Assembly: GCA_024679065.1 (NCBI GenBank)
Contig: JAGIQG010000016.1
Span: 2,790,001 to 2,854,000 of the forward strand
Origin: Sphyrna mokarran
Taxonomy: Eukaryota
DNA length: 64,000 nucleotides
Reading direction: 5' to 3'
The position numbers and the translations under genes were made by a program. The notes below the pieces were generated by a model. The model saw only the letters and a list, made by a program, of their open reading frames with translations. It did not search any database and was not told where the DNA came from. This document shows positions 38,290 to 51,840 of this stretch, piece by piece. Positions within the stretch are counted from its first letter, which is position 1; each line of letters opens with the position of its first letter.

Positions 38290-40530
38290 TAATGATATAA
38301 CTTGATTACAGATGAGAGCGTGACTACTGTGGTTGAAAAGCCAGTGGAAAATCAAACAACTGAGTTGCTGAAGGACTCATATCCTGGGATTTCTCCTGAT
38401 TATGTAGTGACAAGGTCACAAAGTCACAGATTCGGACAAGAGGAGAAATCAGAGAATGAAGATAAGAAAGTTGAAGTTCAACTCTTAGGAACGATTTTTG
38501 ATCAAGCGACTGGAAAAGAACAAAAACAGGTGGAGAATGAGGTGGATATTTTGTGTTTGAGAAAGTTGGCAGAGGTACAACGTAAGGATTTAGAAATAGA
38601 AAAGTTGTACTGAAGAGAAATCTGCATGTGTACCAGAATGTTATTACATTAAAAATAATGTCTTAATAAGGAAATGGAGACCTTTGCATATTCAGGCAGA
38701 TGAAAAGCGAGCAGTAGTTTATCAAGTGGTATTGCCAGTAGGGTATAGATAGGAGGGATTACGAGTAGCACATGAGATACTGGGTACGAAGTCATTTAGG
38801 AGTAAGGAAAACTCAAGCTAAAATACAAAAATATTTTTATGGCCTGGACTGGAACAAGATGTGGTCATGTCAAGTAATAGGGAATAGAGTGGCACAGTGG
38901 CACAGTGGTTAGCACTGCTCCCTCACAGCGCCAGGGACCCCCATTGAATTCTGGCCTCAGTGAGTGTCTGTATGGAATTTGCACATTTCCCTGTGTCTGC
39001 CTGGGTTTCCTCCAGCTTCTCTGGTTTCCTCCCATAGTTCAAAGATGTGCCTGTTAGGCAGATTGATCGTGCCAAATTGCACATCAGTGACAGTGGGCGT
39101 AGGAGGCTAAATACATTGGGTTACGAGGATGGGTGGGATAGTGGTTGGTGCAAACTCCGACGGGCCAAATGGTGCCTTCTGCACTGTAGGAATTCTATTC
39201 TATGAAAGGCAAACCTGAAGGAGTGATTAAACCAGCACCCTTAATACCCATTCCAGCATTTGAGGCACTTTTTACAAGAGTCTCAGTTGATTGCACAGGA
39301 CCCAACGACACAAGGTTTTGCTATTGCGCAACAAAAGAACAAAGAACAAAACAGCACGGGAAACAAGCCCTTCGGCCCAACGACCACTCCCACATGTAGT
39401 GGAATCAATATCTTTTGATTATAATGGATGTGTCTGTTAGGTTTCCAGAGACCATTCCAAAATGTTATATTACAGTGAAAAGGATTTCAGAAGAGTTACT
39501 TCAATTTTTTACTAAATATGGGTTACTCACAGAAATACAATCAGATCAAGGATCTAATTTTACATCAACATTATTCAAGGAGATTATTAATAGCTTAGGA
39601 GTCAAACAATTTAAATCAACTGCGTACCATCGAGAATGATGTGGAGATACTGGCTGGGGTAAGGATTGTAAGAAGTCTCACAACACCAGGTTAATTTGGT
39701 TGGAGAGTTTGAGCAGTGGCATCAAACTTTAAAGACAATATTGAGAACTTACTGTCAAAGTAATCCAGAGGATTGGAATAAGGGAATTCCATTTGTACTT
39801 TTTGCACTTAGGGATGCACCTACTGAAGCAATCAAATTCAGTCCATTTGAATTGGTTTTTGGTCAAGAGGTAAGCGGACAGACCAGTTAAACTGACGAGA
39901 CAGAAATTGGTTAGTCAGCATTCTGAGACAACACGATTGGAATATGTGTCAAATTTTAGTAAAACGTTGAGTAGAGCAGATGAATTGGCTGGATAACATT
40001 TAAAAGTGGAACAGCACACGGTGAAAAAGGAAACAGATAAGAAATCAAAAATTCATAGTTTTGCTTCAGGGGATGAAGTTATAGGATTGCTACCAATTGC
40101 AGGTAGACCTTTAAAAGCAAGCTTTAATGAGCCTTATCAAATTGATAGGAAATTGAGGTGGATTCTTTTATATAAATGGCAGATAGAAGGAATACTCACA
40201 GTGTGTCATATCAATATGCTTAACAGGTATTTTGATAGGGAAGGAAAGCAAAAGGCAAATATTTACTCGTTATGTCGCCAAGTAAAGAACTGAATCCAGA
40301 ATATTCAGAATTTGACATTCTTCAGGTTGAATCGGATAATGAGAAAGTTATTAGAAATTGAGATATTGAATTACTTCTAGGAGAAAACTGAACTGACCTG
40401 AAAGAGTTATTAATATCACTGTGGGAGTAAGTTGGAAAGTATATCACGTAAATGTGGAAAATACTGTTCCAATTGAGCAACATCTTGCAAACATTTCCTT
40501 TTCAAGTTGGCATAGGTTCAGAAAGAAATC
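38290..40530 (+). mobile_element. Gypsy (Gmr1-like) integrase-region fragment, related to the 16.5-21.7 kb element but inverted
   Basis: VVTRSQ, APLIPIPAFE.LFTRVSVDC.GP, EIQSDQGSNFTS and LKTILRTYC…DWNKGIPFVLFALRD. Confidence 0.85.
38888..39203 (+). mobile_element. HE1-like V-SINE inserted in the Gypsy fragment
   Basis: ggcacagtggttagcactgct…gccagggacc, V-domain and ttcta tail. Confidence 0.85.
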
Positions 40531-40754
40531 CCAATGTTTTCTCAGTCTGAGGTGTAGCAGCCGAAAGTCTGGATCAATCACATAAAACTGGTGAAAGTGG
40601 AGCAAGAGAATCAGATAATGGACAATCATGTGCCTTAAGGAAGTGAGCTGTTGTGGAGATGGATACAAAACAAATTGGTTGTTTTGGAACATGTTCCTAA
40701 ATTGTTCAAATTGCAAATTACAATTAATTTATTAAATTAAATTGTTCAAATTCA

Positions 40755-41120
40755 AATTAGGATTGTATTCACTGGAATTCAGAAAAGAGAGAGGGGGGAT
40801 CTCATTGAAACTCATAAAATTCTAACAAGGTTAGATAGGGTAGATTCAGAAAGAATGTTCCTGTTGGTGAGGGATTAATTAAATTAATTTAATTACAGAT
40901 GTCAGAGGTAGGTTCTTTACCCAGAGGGTGGTAAGGGTATGGAATGCCTTGCCTGCATCAGTTGTAGATGCGCCAAGTTTGGTGGCGTTTAAGAGGTTAG
41001 TAGATAAGTTTATGGATGAAAAGGGAGTGGTTTAGGTTAGAGGGTCACTGCTTGTTCCTACTTGGTCGGCGCAACATCGAACGCCGAAGGGCCTGTTCTG
41101 CGCTGTAATGTTCTATGTTC
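40755..41120 (+). mobile_element. CR1 3' fragments
   Basis: GDLIETHKIL… and RGRFFTQRVVRVWNALP with a ttctatg tail. Confidence 0.75.
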
Positions 41121-41649
41121 ACACATTGTTTTTATGTTTCAGAAAGTCTGTTACCAGACAAAGCCACCAAAAACGAGGCTTAAACTCACTGGACTCCACT
41201 CACATCAATATATGACAATAACTATTGTGATTTTGTGAAAGGAAGTAAGGAAGTTAACCTTTAGTTTTGAAACAGAATGAGACAGTGTGAAATATATAGA
41301 ATGGCAGAGCAGGTATCTTGTTAATTGGAGTCTTTACTCCTGCACTGCACTGGCTCATTCTTCTGCACTGGCCTGTGTTGCAGAGATGCCATCAGCTGAT
41401 TATTATTTCCAGTTGCTTATCAGCAAGTTTCATATTTGCTCACTCAAGACTCAGATACCGCAATCTTTACCATCTTTCTCACAAGAGATAAGCTTAGATT
41501 TCAGCAATTATTCATACAGGCAGGGTTCCACCAGTGAAAAAAGCCGTGATGAAGTTTTGTTTGTTTGTGGGTTCTGTGTTTGAATTTGCTGGGAGCAGGG
41601 TGGGCAGTGAGGGCGTATGTCTGGGAGAGATGTAGAAATTCAAGTCAAT

Positions 41650-42520
41650 GCAGTGCCCCACTGACAGTGCTGAACTCTGTCAGCACTGACCCTCTGACAG
41701 TGCGGGACTCCCTCAGCACTGACCCTCCGACAGTGCGGCACTCCCTCAGCACCGACCCTCCGACAGTGCGGCACTACCTCAGCACTGACCCTCCGACAGT
41801 GCGGCGCTCCCTCAGCACCGACCCCCCGACAGTGCGGCACTCCCTCAGCACCGACCATCCGACAGTGCAGCACTCCCTCAGCACCGACCCTCTGACAGTG
41901 CAGCACTCCCTCAGCACCGACCCTCCGACAGTGTGGCGCTCCCTCAGCACCGACCCCCCGACAGTGCAGCGCTCCCTCAGCACCGACCCCCCGACAGTGC
42001 GGCACTCCCTCAGCACCGACCCTCCGACAGTGCGGCACTCCCTCAGCATTGACCCTCATATACTGCGGCACTCCCTCAGCACTGACCCCTGACAGTGCGG
42101 CACTCCCTCAGCATTGACCCTCATACAGTGTGGCACTCCTCAGCATTGACCCTCTGACAGTGCGGCACTCCCTCAGCATTGACCCCCTGACAGTGCGGCA
42201 CTCCCTCAGCACTGACCCTCTGACAGTGCGGCACTCCCTCAGCACTGACCCTCTGACAGTGCGGCACTCCCTCAGCACTGACCCTCTGACAGTGCGGCAC
42301 TCCCTCAGCACTGACCCCCTGACAGTGCGGCACTCCCTTAGCACTGACCCCCTGACAGTGCGGCACTCCCTCAGCACTGACCCCCTGACAGTGCGGCACT
42401 CCCTCAGCACTGACCCCCTGACAGTGCGGCACTCCCTTAGCACTGACCCCCTGACAGTGCGGCACTCCCTTAGCACTGACCCCCTGACAGTGCGGCATTC
42501 CCTCAGCACTGACTCTTTGA
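41650..42520. repeat. 33-bp minisatellite array 4
   Basis: About 26 units with variant blocks (accgaccc(t/c)ccga in the 5' part, actgacccc(t/c)tga in the 3' part). Confidence 0.95.
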
Positions 42521-42676
42521 CATTGAGTTAGAGGGTCTCACTGGGGAAAGCTGCCCTGCTTTGAGCTATCCTGATGTAGAGATGCCGGAGTTGGACTGGG
42601 GTAAAATCAGTAAGAATATGGCAACACCAATTTTAAATCGATTTATTTGATTATCAAATTTATTTTATTATCAAAT

Positions 42677-45600
42677 AGAACACAGAACATTACAGCGCAG
42701 AACAGGCCCTTCGGCCTTCGATGTTGCACCGACCAATTAAGAAAAAGCAATGACCCTCTAACCTAAACCATTCCCTTTTCATCCATAAACTTATCTACTA
42801 ACCTCTTAAACGCCACCAAACTTGGCGCATCTACAACTGCAGCAGGCAGGGCATTCCATACCCTTGCCACCCTCTGGGTAAAGAACCTACCTCTGACATC
42901 CGTCCTATAACTACCACCCCTTAATTTAAAGCTATGTCCCCTCGTGCTAGCTTTCTCCATCCTAGGAAAAAGGCTATCACTGTCCACCCTATCTAAACCT
43001 CTAATCTTATATGTTTCGATAAGGTCTCCTCTTAGCTGCCTTCTTTCTAACGAAAACAACCTCAAATCCCTCAGCCTCTCTTCATAAGACCTGCCCTCCA
43101 TACCAGGCAACATCCTGGTAAACCTCCTATGTACCCTCTCCAATGCCTCCACATCTTTCTTATAATGTGGGGACCAGAACTGTACACAATACTCCAAGTG
43201 CGGTCGCACTAGAGTTTTGTACAGTTGCAACATGACGTTGCGGCTCCGAAATTCAATCCCCCTACAATAAAAGCTGAGACTCCGTATGCCTTCTTAACAA
43301 CCTTATCGACTTGATTGCCAACTTTCAGAGATCTATGCACATATACACCAAGATCCCTCTGTTCTTCAACACTATTATGAGTCCTACCATTAGCCCTATA
43401 CTCTACACATTTGTTATTCCTGCCAAAGTGAATTACCTCACACTTTTCCACATTAAACTCCATTTGCCACCTCTCGGCCAGCTCTGCAACTTGTCCAAGT
43501 CTCTCTGCAAACTATAACACCCCTCTTCACTATCTACCACTCCTCCGACTTTGGTGTCATCCGCAAATTTACTAATCCATCCTTCAATACCGTCATCCAG
43601 ATCATTTATAAAAATTACAAACAGCAGGGACCCCAAAACAAGGTACACCACTTGTAACCGAACTCCACGATGAATAATTTCCATCAACCACCACCCTCTG
43701 TCTTCTATCAGTTGGCCAATTGCTCATCCAATTAGCTAAATCACCCTCAATCCCATACATCTGCATTTTCTGCAGAAGCCTTCCATGGGGCACCTTATCG
43801 AATGCCTTACTAAAGTCCATATATACCACATTAACTGCCTTACCCCATCCATCTCTTTGGCCACTTTTTCAAAAAACTCAATAAGGTTAGTAAGGCACGA
43901 CCTACCCTTCACAAAACCATGCTGACTATCCCCAATCAATTAGTTTCTCTCTAAATAACTATAAATCCTATATTCTATTTCTAATTCTAATTCTTTCTAA
44001 TTAAATCCTGATTCTTTCCAATACTTTGTCCACAACAGAAGTAAGACTCACTGGTCTATAATTCCCAGGAAAGTCTCTATTCCCCTTCTTGAACAATGGG
44101 ACCACATTCGCTATCCTCCAGTCTTCCGGCACTATACCCGTAACCAACGACGAGCTGAAGATCAGAGCCAGAGGCTCTGCAATCTCCTCTCTTGCCTCCC
44201 AGAGAATCCTAGGGTAAATCCCGTCCGGCCCAGGGGACTTATCTAACTTCAAACCCTCAAGAATATCTAGCACATCCTCCTTATCTACTTCAATACTTTC
44301 CAGTTTGCAACCCTGTATCCCAGTGTTCTCCACAACTACATTTACATCTCCCTGCGTGAATACCAAAGAGAAATATTTGTTCAGTGCCTCTCCAATCTCT
44401 TCAGGTTCCATGCACAACTTCCCACTGCTGTCTCTGACTGGCCCTAATCTTGCCCTAACCAATCTTCTATTCTTAACATATCTAAAGAAAGCTTTAGGAT
44501 TCTCCTTGATCCTATCAGCCAAAGTCTTCTCGTGTCCTCTTTTAGCTCTTCTCAACTCACTCTTTAGCTCCCTCCTGGCTAATCTATAGCTATCCAGTGC
44601 ACTAACTGAGCCTTCAAGCCTCATCCTGACATAAGCCTCCTTTTTCCTTTTAACCAGCGAATTAACTTTTTTAGTACACTTCCCTTACTCGACTATTTCC
44701 TCCTTGCCTGACAGGGACATACTTATCAAGGACTCGCAGTAGCTGCTCCTTGAATAAGCTCCACATTTCAGATGTTCCCAGTCCCTATAGTTTCCTAGTC
44801 CAAACTATGCACCCTAATTCCCTCCTAATGGCCTCATAATTACCATTCCCCCAGCTATAACTACTGCCCCCAGGTTCATGCCTATCCCTATCCATCACTA
44901 AGGTGAACGTAACCAAACTGTGGTCACTATCACCAAAATGTTCACCAACTTCCAAGTCTAACACCTGGTCTGGCGCATTGCCCAGCACCAAATCCAATGT
45001 AGCCTCACCTCTAGTTGGCCTATCTACATACTGAGTCAAAAAACCTTCCTGCGCACTTTGTACAAAAACTGACCCCTCTAACGAGCTAGAGCTATAGCTA
45101 TTCCAATCAATATTAGTAAAGTTAAAGTCCCCCATAACAATTACCCTATTACTTTCACTCCTGTCCAGGATCGACTTTGCAATCCTTTCCTCTACCTCTC
45201 TAGAACTTTTAGGAGGTCTATAAAAGACTCCCAACAGGGTGACCTCTCCTCTCCTGTTTCTAATCTCAGCCCATACTACCTCAACAGACAAGTCCTCATC
45301 AAACTTCCTTTCTGTCACTGTGATACAGTCTTTGACTAATAATGTCACTCCTCCCCCTCTTCTACCTCCTTCTCTACTCCGACTGAAGCATTTGAACCCC
45401 GGAACTTGCAACAACCATTCCTGTCCCTGCTCTATCCATGTCTCTGAAATGGCCACAACATCGAAATTCCAGGTACTGGTCCAAGCTGCAAGTTCCTCCA
45501 CCTTATTGCGAATACTTCTTGCATTAAAGTATACGCATTTCAAACCATGCCCTACTCCACCCGTACGCTGCTGTGCTTTACAGTTCTCATCTATGACCCC

Positions 45601-46990
45601 CCTGTTCTCGTCCCTCTTAACATCCAAGCTACTCAGGATCCCACCCCCCCTCTGAATCAGTTTAAATCCCCCTGCATAGCCTTTGCAAATTTTCCCCCCA
45701 AGATATTGGTTCCCCTCTGGTTCAGGTGTAGACCATCTCTCTTGTAGAGATCCCACCTACCCCAGAATGAGCCCCAATTTTTCAAGAACCTGAACCCCTC
45801 CCTCTTGCACCATCCCCGCAGCCACGAGTTCAAACATTCCCTCTCTCTGTTCTTCTCTAAACTATCCCATGGCACAGGGAAGAATCCAGAGATAACCACT
45901 CTGTCTGTTTTGGCCCTAAGCTTCCACCCCAACTCCATAAATTTCTGTTTAATATCCCCTTCCTTTGTCCTACCTACATCATGTGTCCCTACATGAACTA
46001 TGACTTGGGGCTGACTCCCCTCTCCCTTAAGAATCTTGAAAACCCGCTGAGACGTCTTGGACCCCGGTCCCTAGGAGGCAACACAGCAGTCCTGAGTCCC
46101 GTTCATTACTATTTACTCTCCTATCTGTCCCCCTAACTATGGAGTCTCCAATTACCAGGCCCAATCTCTTATTTCCCCTACCCACCTGAGCATTCACAGC
46201 AGGCTCACCCCCAGAGACCTGCTCCCTTTGGCTATCTCCAGTTGATTCTTCCTCAACTGTAGGCTCCAGGACAGAAAACCTATTTTGGAGGGGAACAGCC
46301 CCGGGGGATTGTCTCCCCAATTGCTTCTTACCCCTCTTCCTAATAGTTACTCAAGAATCTCTTTTAGGAGTGACTATCTCTTTGTAACTCCTGTCAATAT
46401 CCGCCTCAACCTCCCGAATTATCCGGAGTTCCTCTAATTCCAGCTCCAGCTCCTTAACATGATCCTCAAGGAGCTGCAAATGGGCACACTTCCTGCAGGT
46501 ATAATCAGCAGGAACACTACTGGTGTCCCTCACCTCGTACATACCACAGGAGGTGCAATGTACTGCCTGCACTGCCATCACTGATACTTTATTTCTAGGA
46601 GAGAAAAAAAACTTCCTGCACACTTATTAGGTTAGAGGAGGGGGGAGGGTGGGATACTCTACCTGTGTAGAGTATCGGGTTTCCTCTCTGTACCAATTTA
46701 TAGGGTCAGAGAGAAAAACTACAACTACCGGTAAGCCTCCTTATGATGACTTCCGGTTTCCAGTTAGTTTAAAAAAATGGCAAAAAACTACCACCGCTCG
46801 CTACTTCAACCAAAAAGAAAATGTTAAAAATTACCTTAAACTCGAACTTTACACTCGCCCAAATCGCTGCCTCTCCGTGCTGCTTCACAGGAACAATGAG
46901 GACGATACCCAGAGGTTGGTACTTACATAGCTTAAAAACTGCAACTACTGGTAAGCCTCCTTATGACGACTTCCGGTTTCCAGTTAGGTT
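42677..46990 (-). mobile_element. Near full-length CR1 LINE (5' UTR, ORF1 zinc finger/leucine zipper plus SGNH esterase, ORF2 APE-RT), inactivated
   Basis: ORF1 ATG 46578 CTSCGM…CRKC…LELELEEL, then LVIGDSIVRG…DGLHLN. ORF2 LKCVYFNARSIRNK…GDFN…SDH…NYRPVSLTS…KFADDTK…stop 42763. Several stops and frameshifts. Inserted into a Penelope palindrome (42573-42676 / 46994-47035). Confidence 0.93.
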
Positions 46991-47099
46991 TCCAAATCGG
47001 TTGAATTTAAAATTGGTGTTGCCAGATTCTTATTGAGCTATCCTATCATGACAATGTCAGGTTCAACTAGTCAACATTATGTTGAAAGCTCCAAATATT

Positions 47100-47236
47100 G
47101 CAGTTTCTCACTGTTTGTGTACTTCCTCCTTTTGATACATCATCAGTTTCTAAATAAACACACAGTGGGAACAGCACAGGAAGAGGACATTCAGCTCAAG
47201 CAGAGGGTCAGTAGTTACTCTGCAGGCAAAGAGTGG
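47100..47236 (+). promoter_or_regulatory. Gene B: putative ETS/PU.1 promoter and 5' non-coding exon
   Basis: ACTTCCTCCTTTT at 47121-47133 (reverse complement AAAAGGAGGAAGT, PU.1-like); CAGGAAG near 47177; strong donor GG|gtaagt at 47236. Confidence 0.5.
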
Positions 47237-47646
47237 GTAAGTAACGGAATGATTAATTCACTTCCACGAGTGTTTTGTTGATATTTTGACTTTATAAAGA
47301 TAGATTCCAATGATTGATACCTTTGAAAGGTTTGTATTGATTATTGAGAGGCTCAATCTTGTAGTACAGAACATCTTTCTAGTTCAAGGAATGGGGGATT
47401 TGCAGAAATGTGAATTTTGAGATAACCCGATGTGGTGAAAATCCTTCATTGTTTCTCTTTTTTAAAGCCCTGTGACACTTTGCAGAGCACCTATCATCCC
47501 ACACTGAATCCAATAAGTTTGTGAAGACCTTGTCTAAAAGCAATTCTGATCTCTTGAGAGCTGTCAGACAAGAGGTGAGGTCTCATTAACTCCTTTCTCT
47601 TTCATAGCTTGAGAGAAGAAGCTGGTGAAACATCAGTGAGAGGACA

Positions 47647-47686
47647 ATGATTGGGAAAGCTTACTTCCTCCTGCCACTTCTGCAAG
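47647..47686 (+). CDS. Gene B: signal-peptide exon, coding part MIGKAYFLLPLLQ-(V/A) (exon spans 47608-47686)
   Basis: Acceptor cctttctctttcatag| at 47607; ATG at 47647; LLPLL leader motif as in CD33-related Siglecs; phase-1 donor G|gtaata, in frame with both downstream V exons. Confidence 0.85.
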
Positions 47687-48559
47687 GTAATATCGTCAGC
47701 TTGGACAGATTTATGATTAATAGTCTTTGTGAAAGATCATTTTTATTGAGCTCTGATTGGGAAGCAATTCAGCAGTGACCCAGTGTATAAATTCACACCA
47801 AGTCGCATTCATCCATCACCCTGTGCTCACTGATATACACTGACTCCCTGCCTGACAGCAGAGTTAAGCAGAGCAGGAGGAAGATGAGAATCTTAAAATT
47901 GAGGTGTTGCTGGGAGCCAATGTATCTCAGAGAGTGACTGGATAATGATTTGATTAGAGGAACAGGGGTAAAAACTGGGAGAAAAATTCTAACCCAATAC
48001 GAGAGCACCAATGGCAAAGGCCTGAAATGTGTGTCTTTTGCTAATTTTAGTCAGAATTTTCCATGACGGCAATATAGCAGCTCCTAGAATAGACATCACA
48101 CCTCCTGTCCATTCTCACTAGTTTTCAGAACGTCAATAAGGGTGCAAGATAACTGAAAAAGAGGAAGGCAGTGTGTAAAGTTGTGAAATATTTTGAGTTC
48201 TCGTGATTGCCTCTGAGCTGCTGTAAAGCTTAACTATCACACAATCTCTGAGCTTTGCACTCTGAGGGAAGCAAATAACTCACTATCTAAAAAGACTCTG
48301 GAAGCAGATTCAACAGGAACTGTCCAGAGGGGCAATTGGATCAATACTTCAAAGGGATATTTACAAGGCTATGGGGCAAAGAGTAAGGAGTAGAGCGGGA
48401 CAAATTGGACAGATCCTTCAAGGAGCCAACACAGTCAGGATGGTCGAATGGCCTTGTTCTCTCCTGGATCATTCTACAATCTGATGATTTAAGACCCATA
48501 TCTGCAAGTTCTCAGATTGCTGCTGAAGCCATGGGTGTTTCAGTAGGACAGAGAGTGAG

Positions 48560-51500
48560 AGAGTACTGGTGTCATGTCCATGTTTAGTTTCCATTACGAG
48601 AGTTTATAGAGCCAATGAAGCCATCAGTCTCTCAGGTAGAGAGGTAAACTACTGGTGCACCTAGATCTTGTAATGGTGACCTTGTCTGGAAGTTTATTTA
48701 ATTGCTTGCAATGATCTGTGGGATCCTCATTCTGAATATTCTTCCTGGTTTCATTTGGAATCTAATCTGCAGTGCTCCAGTGATTGAAGAATTGGGAAGA
48801 AACAGCTTAGTCCTCGGATACACCTCACCATTCCACCTTTGTGTAGCACGACTGCATAGAACCCTTATTCTGGACAAATCCTTCTGTGAACTTGTCCCAG
48901 CTGTAAACCTGGCAATACCATACCTGCATTTCCTTGTGGACATTTGTCATCTTCTCTTGCAGTTTTAAATGTTGTTGTCTAGTTTCTGAGAGAGTAGAAT
49001 GGATAAGATTGAGTAAATTTATATGCAGTGGTCAAATATGAGCTCTGCTAGTGATGGCATTTAAAGATGTCGGTCTCAGAAAGAACTTTGCAATGTGCAG
49101 ATCTTGCTTGGTCTGTCTACATTTGAGGATTAAGGGTTTCACTCTGCAGATTATTCATTTCAGATCTAGAGTAATGAGAAGTAGTGTGATCAATATTTCA
49201 CTTCTCACTCAAATCCTAAATTGGCTTACCAGTAATTTTCAGACCATTATCTACTATAATTTCTCTGGGCACACCAAATAAACTGAAAATAACACGTAAA
49301 GTGTGTGCGACAGGTGTGTTTGGTGTGTTGTGCAATTGTCGCATAATGGGGTATTTGGTAAAGTAGTTGTTGGCGATGATTAAATCAGTATCACGGACAT
49401 AGAAAAGATGACCTGCAATTTTGAAAAGGGATAGGTAGGAACTTCATGCAAATTCAGTTTATTTTTTCTTGTAGTGACTTGGTAGATGCTCTTGACATAG
49501 TTCATACTTCTTGATGATGACTCAATGTCATTTGACTTCCCCAGCCAATGGATTGCCTCTTTTGTGAGTCTTCTCATCCAATCAGTGGCCATGTTTGAGT
49601 GATCAAGTTGCTGAAAAGTATCAGGTCATAAAGATTCTAGTATGATTGGCTGGCCTGCCTTTAAAAATGATTCTGCAAGATGCTGAACTCATCTTAGACA
49701 TGCTGACCTGAATCAAGCAATTTTTCACTGATATGTGGTGATTTTCCCCCAAAAATTCCAAATTCTGAATTTGTGTGAAAACTGGAGGCAATTATGTTGG
49801 TTTATTTTGCATGATTTTCAGAATGAATCTCCCACAGACCGTGCATCACAGAGTACTGAGCGAGTTTCACTCTGAAAATCAGTGTACTGGGAATATTCCC
49901 ACTGACAGACCGCAGCATAGCAATTGTCTGGGCTACTGAGCATGCACCATCTGTCCGAGCAGAGAACAGCGCATTGCACAATAGCCCCGCAATACCAGCC
50001 TCCTGATCGCTGGCCAACTTCACAACACCACATCTCTACCTCTACGACCCATCAACAACTCCCTCCTCCCCAGAGGACGGCCTCCCGAACCTCTCCGGGC
50101 CAGTCCCAATGTCATGTCCACACCCCACTCCCCACCAGCAGCCCCGATCTGCTCAACCTACCCGCCAGCCTCAACCTCCCCTTCACCCCTCTTCTCCCAC
50201 TGCTTGCCCTCCCGCCACATCCCGGATGGTCAGTCCCGATCACCCCCATCTCTCCCTTTCTCTGACTGCGATTCTCTGGCACAGTGGCATCTGACGCCCC
50301 CACTCCTACCAAAATTGCATCTTTATAGGCCCTGCCCCCAGAAGGCTATGCTCCCTTGGCACAGTCTGCTGCCCCTTGGACAATATTAGGCAGCTAGGAT
50401 GGCCAATCAGGTTGGCACTGCCTGGGGCACCCCTCCACCCCCATCCTCCAGGGGGGGCCTCAATGGCATCTCTTCATTCCAGTGGGGTCAGGCTGCCAGT
50501 TCTCTGCTCATGGGGAGCTGTTGTAAGACTCGCTGAAGTGAACCACTGCTGGTGAACGGGGGAGATGCTTGTGGTCTCGGGGAGTTCAATCCCCGGCCCA
50601 CTAATTAAATTGTAATATTTACATCAGCTCTGTGCCAGTTAATGGTGTGGAGATGATAACTCCACAAAACTCTGGAGCCAGAAATGCACTGATGCCTTGG
50701 TATCCAGCGGGGAGTCTGCTAAATGCTCCGCTGATGTCACCTGACCTGTTGAGCTGCTAATGCAGCACAGAGGGCTGGGAGAACAACCCACCTCGTTTTT
50801 CAGTGTTTGTCGTGTTGAAACCTACGCTGTTTCTTTTTGCATCTGCTAGCCTTTGTATTGTGCAAAATGTATCGGATCAAATGACACCCCTGCATCCTCT
50901 TGCAAACTTAACAATGTACAGCATCCTATTAATTTTGTTGGAACCTTCCTGGTTACTTTAGATCATGAACTAAGTTGGCATGAGTAGTTTTCAGGGTTCG
51001 TCTGCATCTGGTATCTGATTATTCGTGTGAAGTCCCACAGGTGGTAGACCTGAATCACTGGGCCTTTAGTCTCCCCAATGTAGAGTATCTGGAACACCCA
51101 GAAGGCATGATTGTATTTGCACTCCAGGATTATGGAATTCACGCGTGGAATCAATGAACAATTGTGTGCTGGAAGTTTCACAGTGGCAGCTTTCACCATG
51201 GCCTTCCATGTATGTGGATACATGTCATTTAGAATTCACAGGGGCAGTGTATTAGCACTTTCCTCTGTATCAGTCTTAGCCAATGAGTAGTTATCAGCCT
51301 CCTGACGCTAGATAATTCAAACTTTGGCAAACACTTCAGACTGTGACAATATTGGTGTTTTCCATGAGATTAACAGTCTGAAACATGCAAAATTTTCAAC
51401 AATTGTATAATAACTGTTGCACAAACTCTGACATTTTTAGTTTAGTTTGTGTGCCTAGAGATCATTATGGATGACAGTCTGTAATTAATTTTGTATGTGT

Positions 51501-51700
51501 GTAACGTGAACTATCAATTAATGCTTGTGACCTCATCATGTACCCACTCTCATGTTTTGGATTGCCAATAACTTTGTGTCCATGTTTCATGTTGAAACAT
51601 TTCCCGTGCACTCAGCAGCTGTGATTTCCACACTCTCCAACACTGCCACTCTGTTATGGACAGACCAAAATACCGAGAGTAGTCTCATTGATATGTAGTG
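48560..51700 (-). mobile_element. Highly degenerate Gypsy-like pol remnants, interrupted by a MITE
   Basis: HWLGKSNDIE…LHEVPTYPFSKL integrase-like fragment at 49380-49592. Confidence 0.4.
49735..50790. mobile_element. GC-rich MITE-like element
   Basis: Ends ggtgattttcc / ggagaacaaccc; subterminal tttg.gtgaaaactgga shared with the copies at 55635 and 58319. Confidence 0.55.
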
Positions 51701-51840
51701 TAATGTAAGGCTGCTCGCCATGTTGTAGCTGTACTGAATCTTCCTTTCAAACCAAGATCATGTTGTGCTTCGGGAATGATAAAAAGGTGCCAATAATTCA
51801 AAAGGGATTTTGTAACTGTTTTGTGGATTCATTTATTTAG

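Noticed and set aside
41549-41610. Possible extra leader exon (MKFCLF… / LWVLCLNLLGAG)
   Set aside because: Needs a frameshift to give a good signal peptide and has no convincing phase-1 donor; at best a relic.
44785-45756. Longest ORF (323 aa) as a host gene
   Set aside because: It is the APE endonuclease region of CR1 ORF2.
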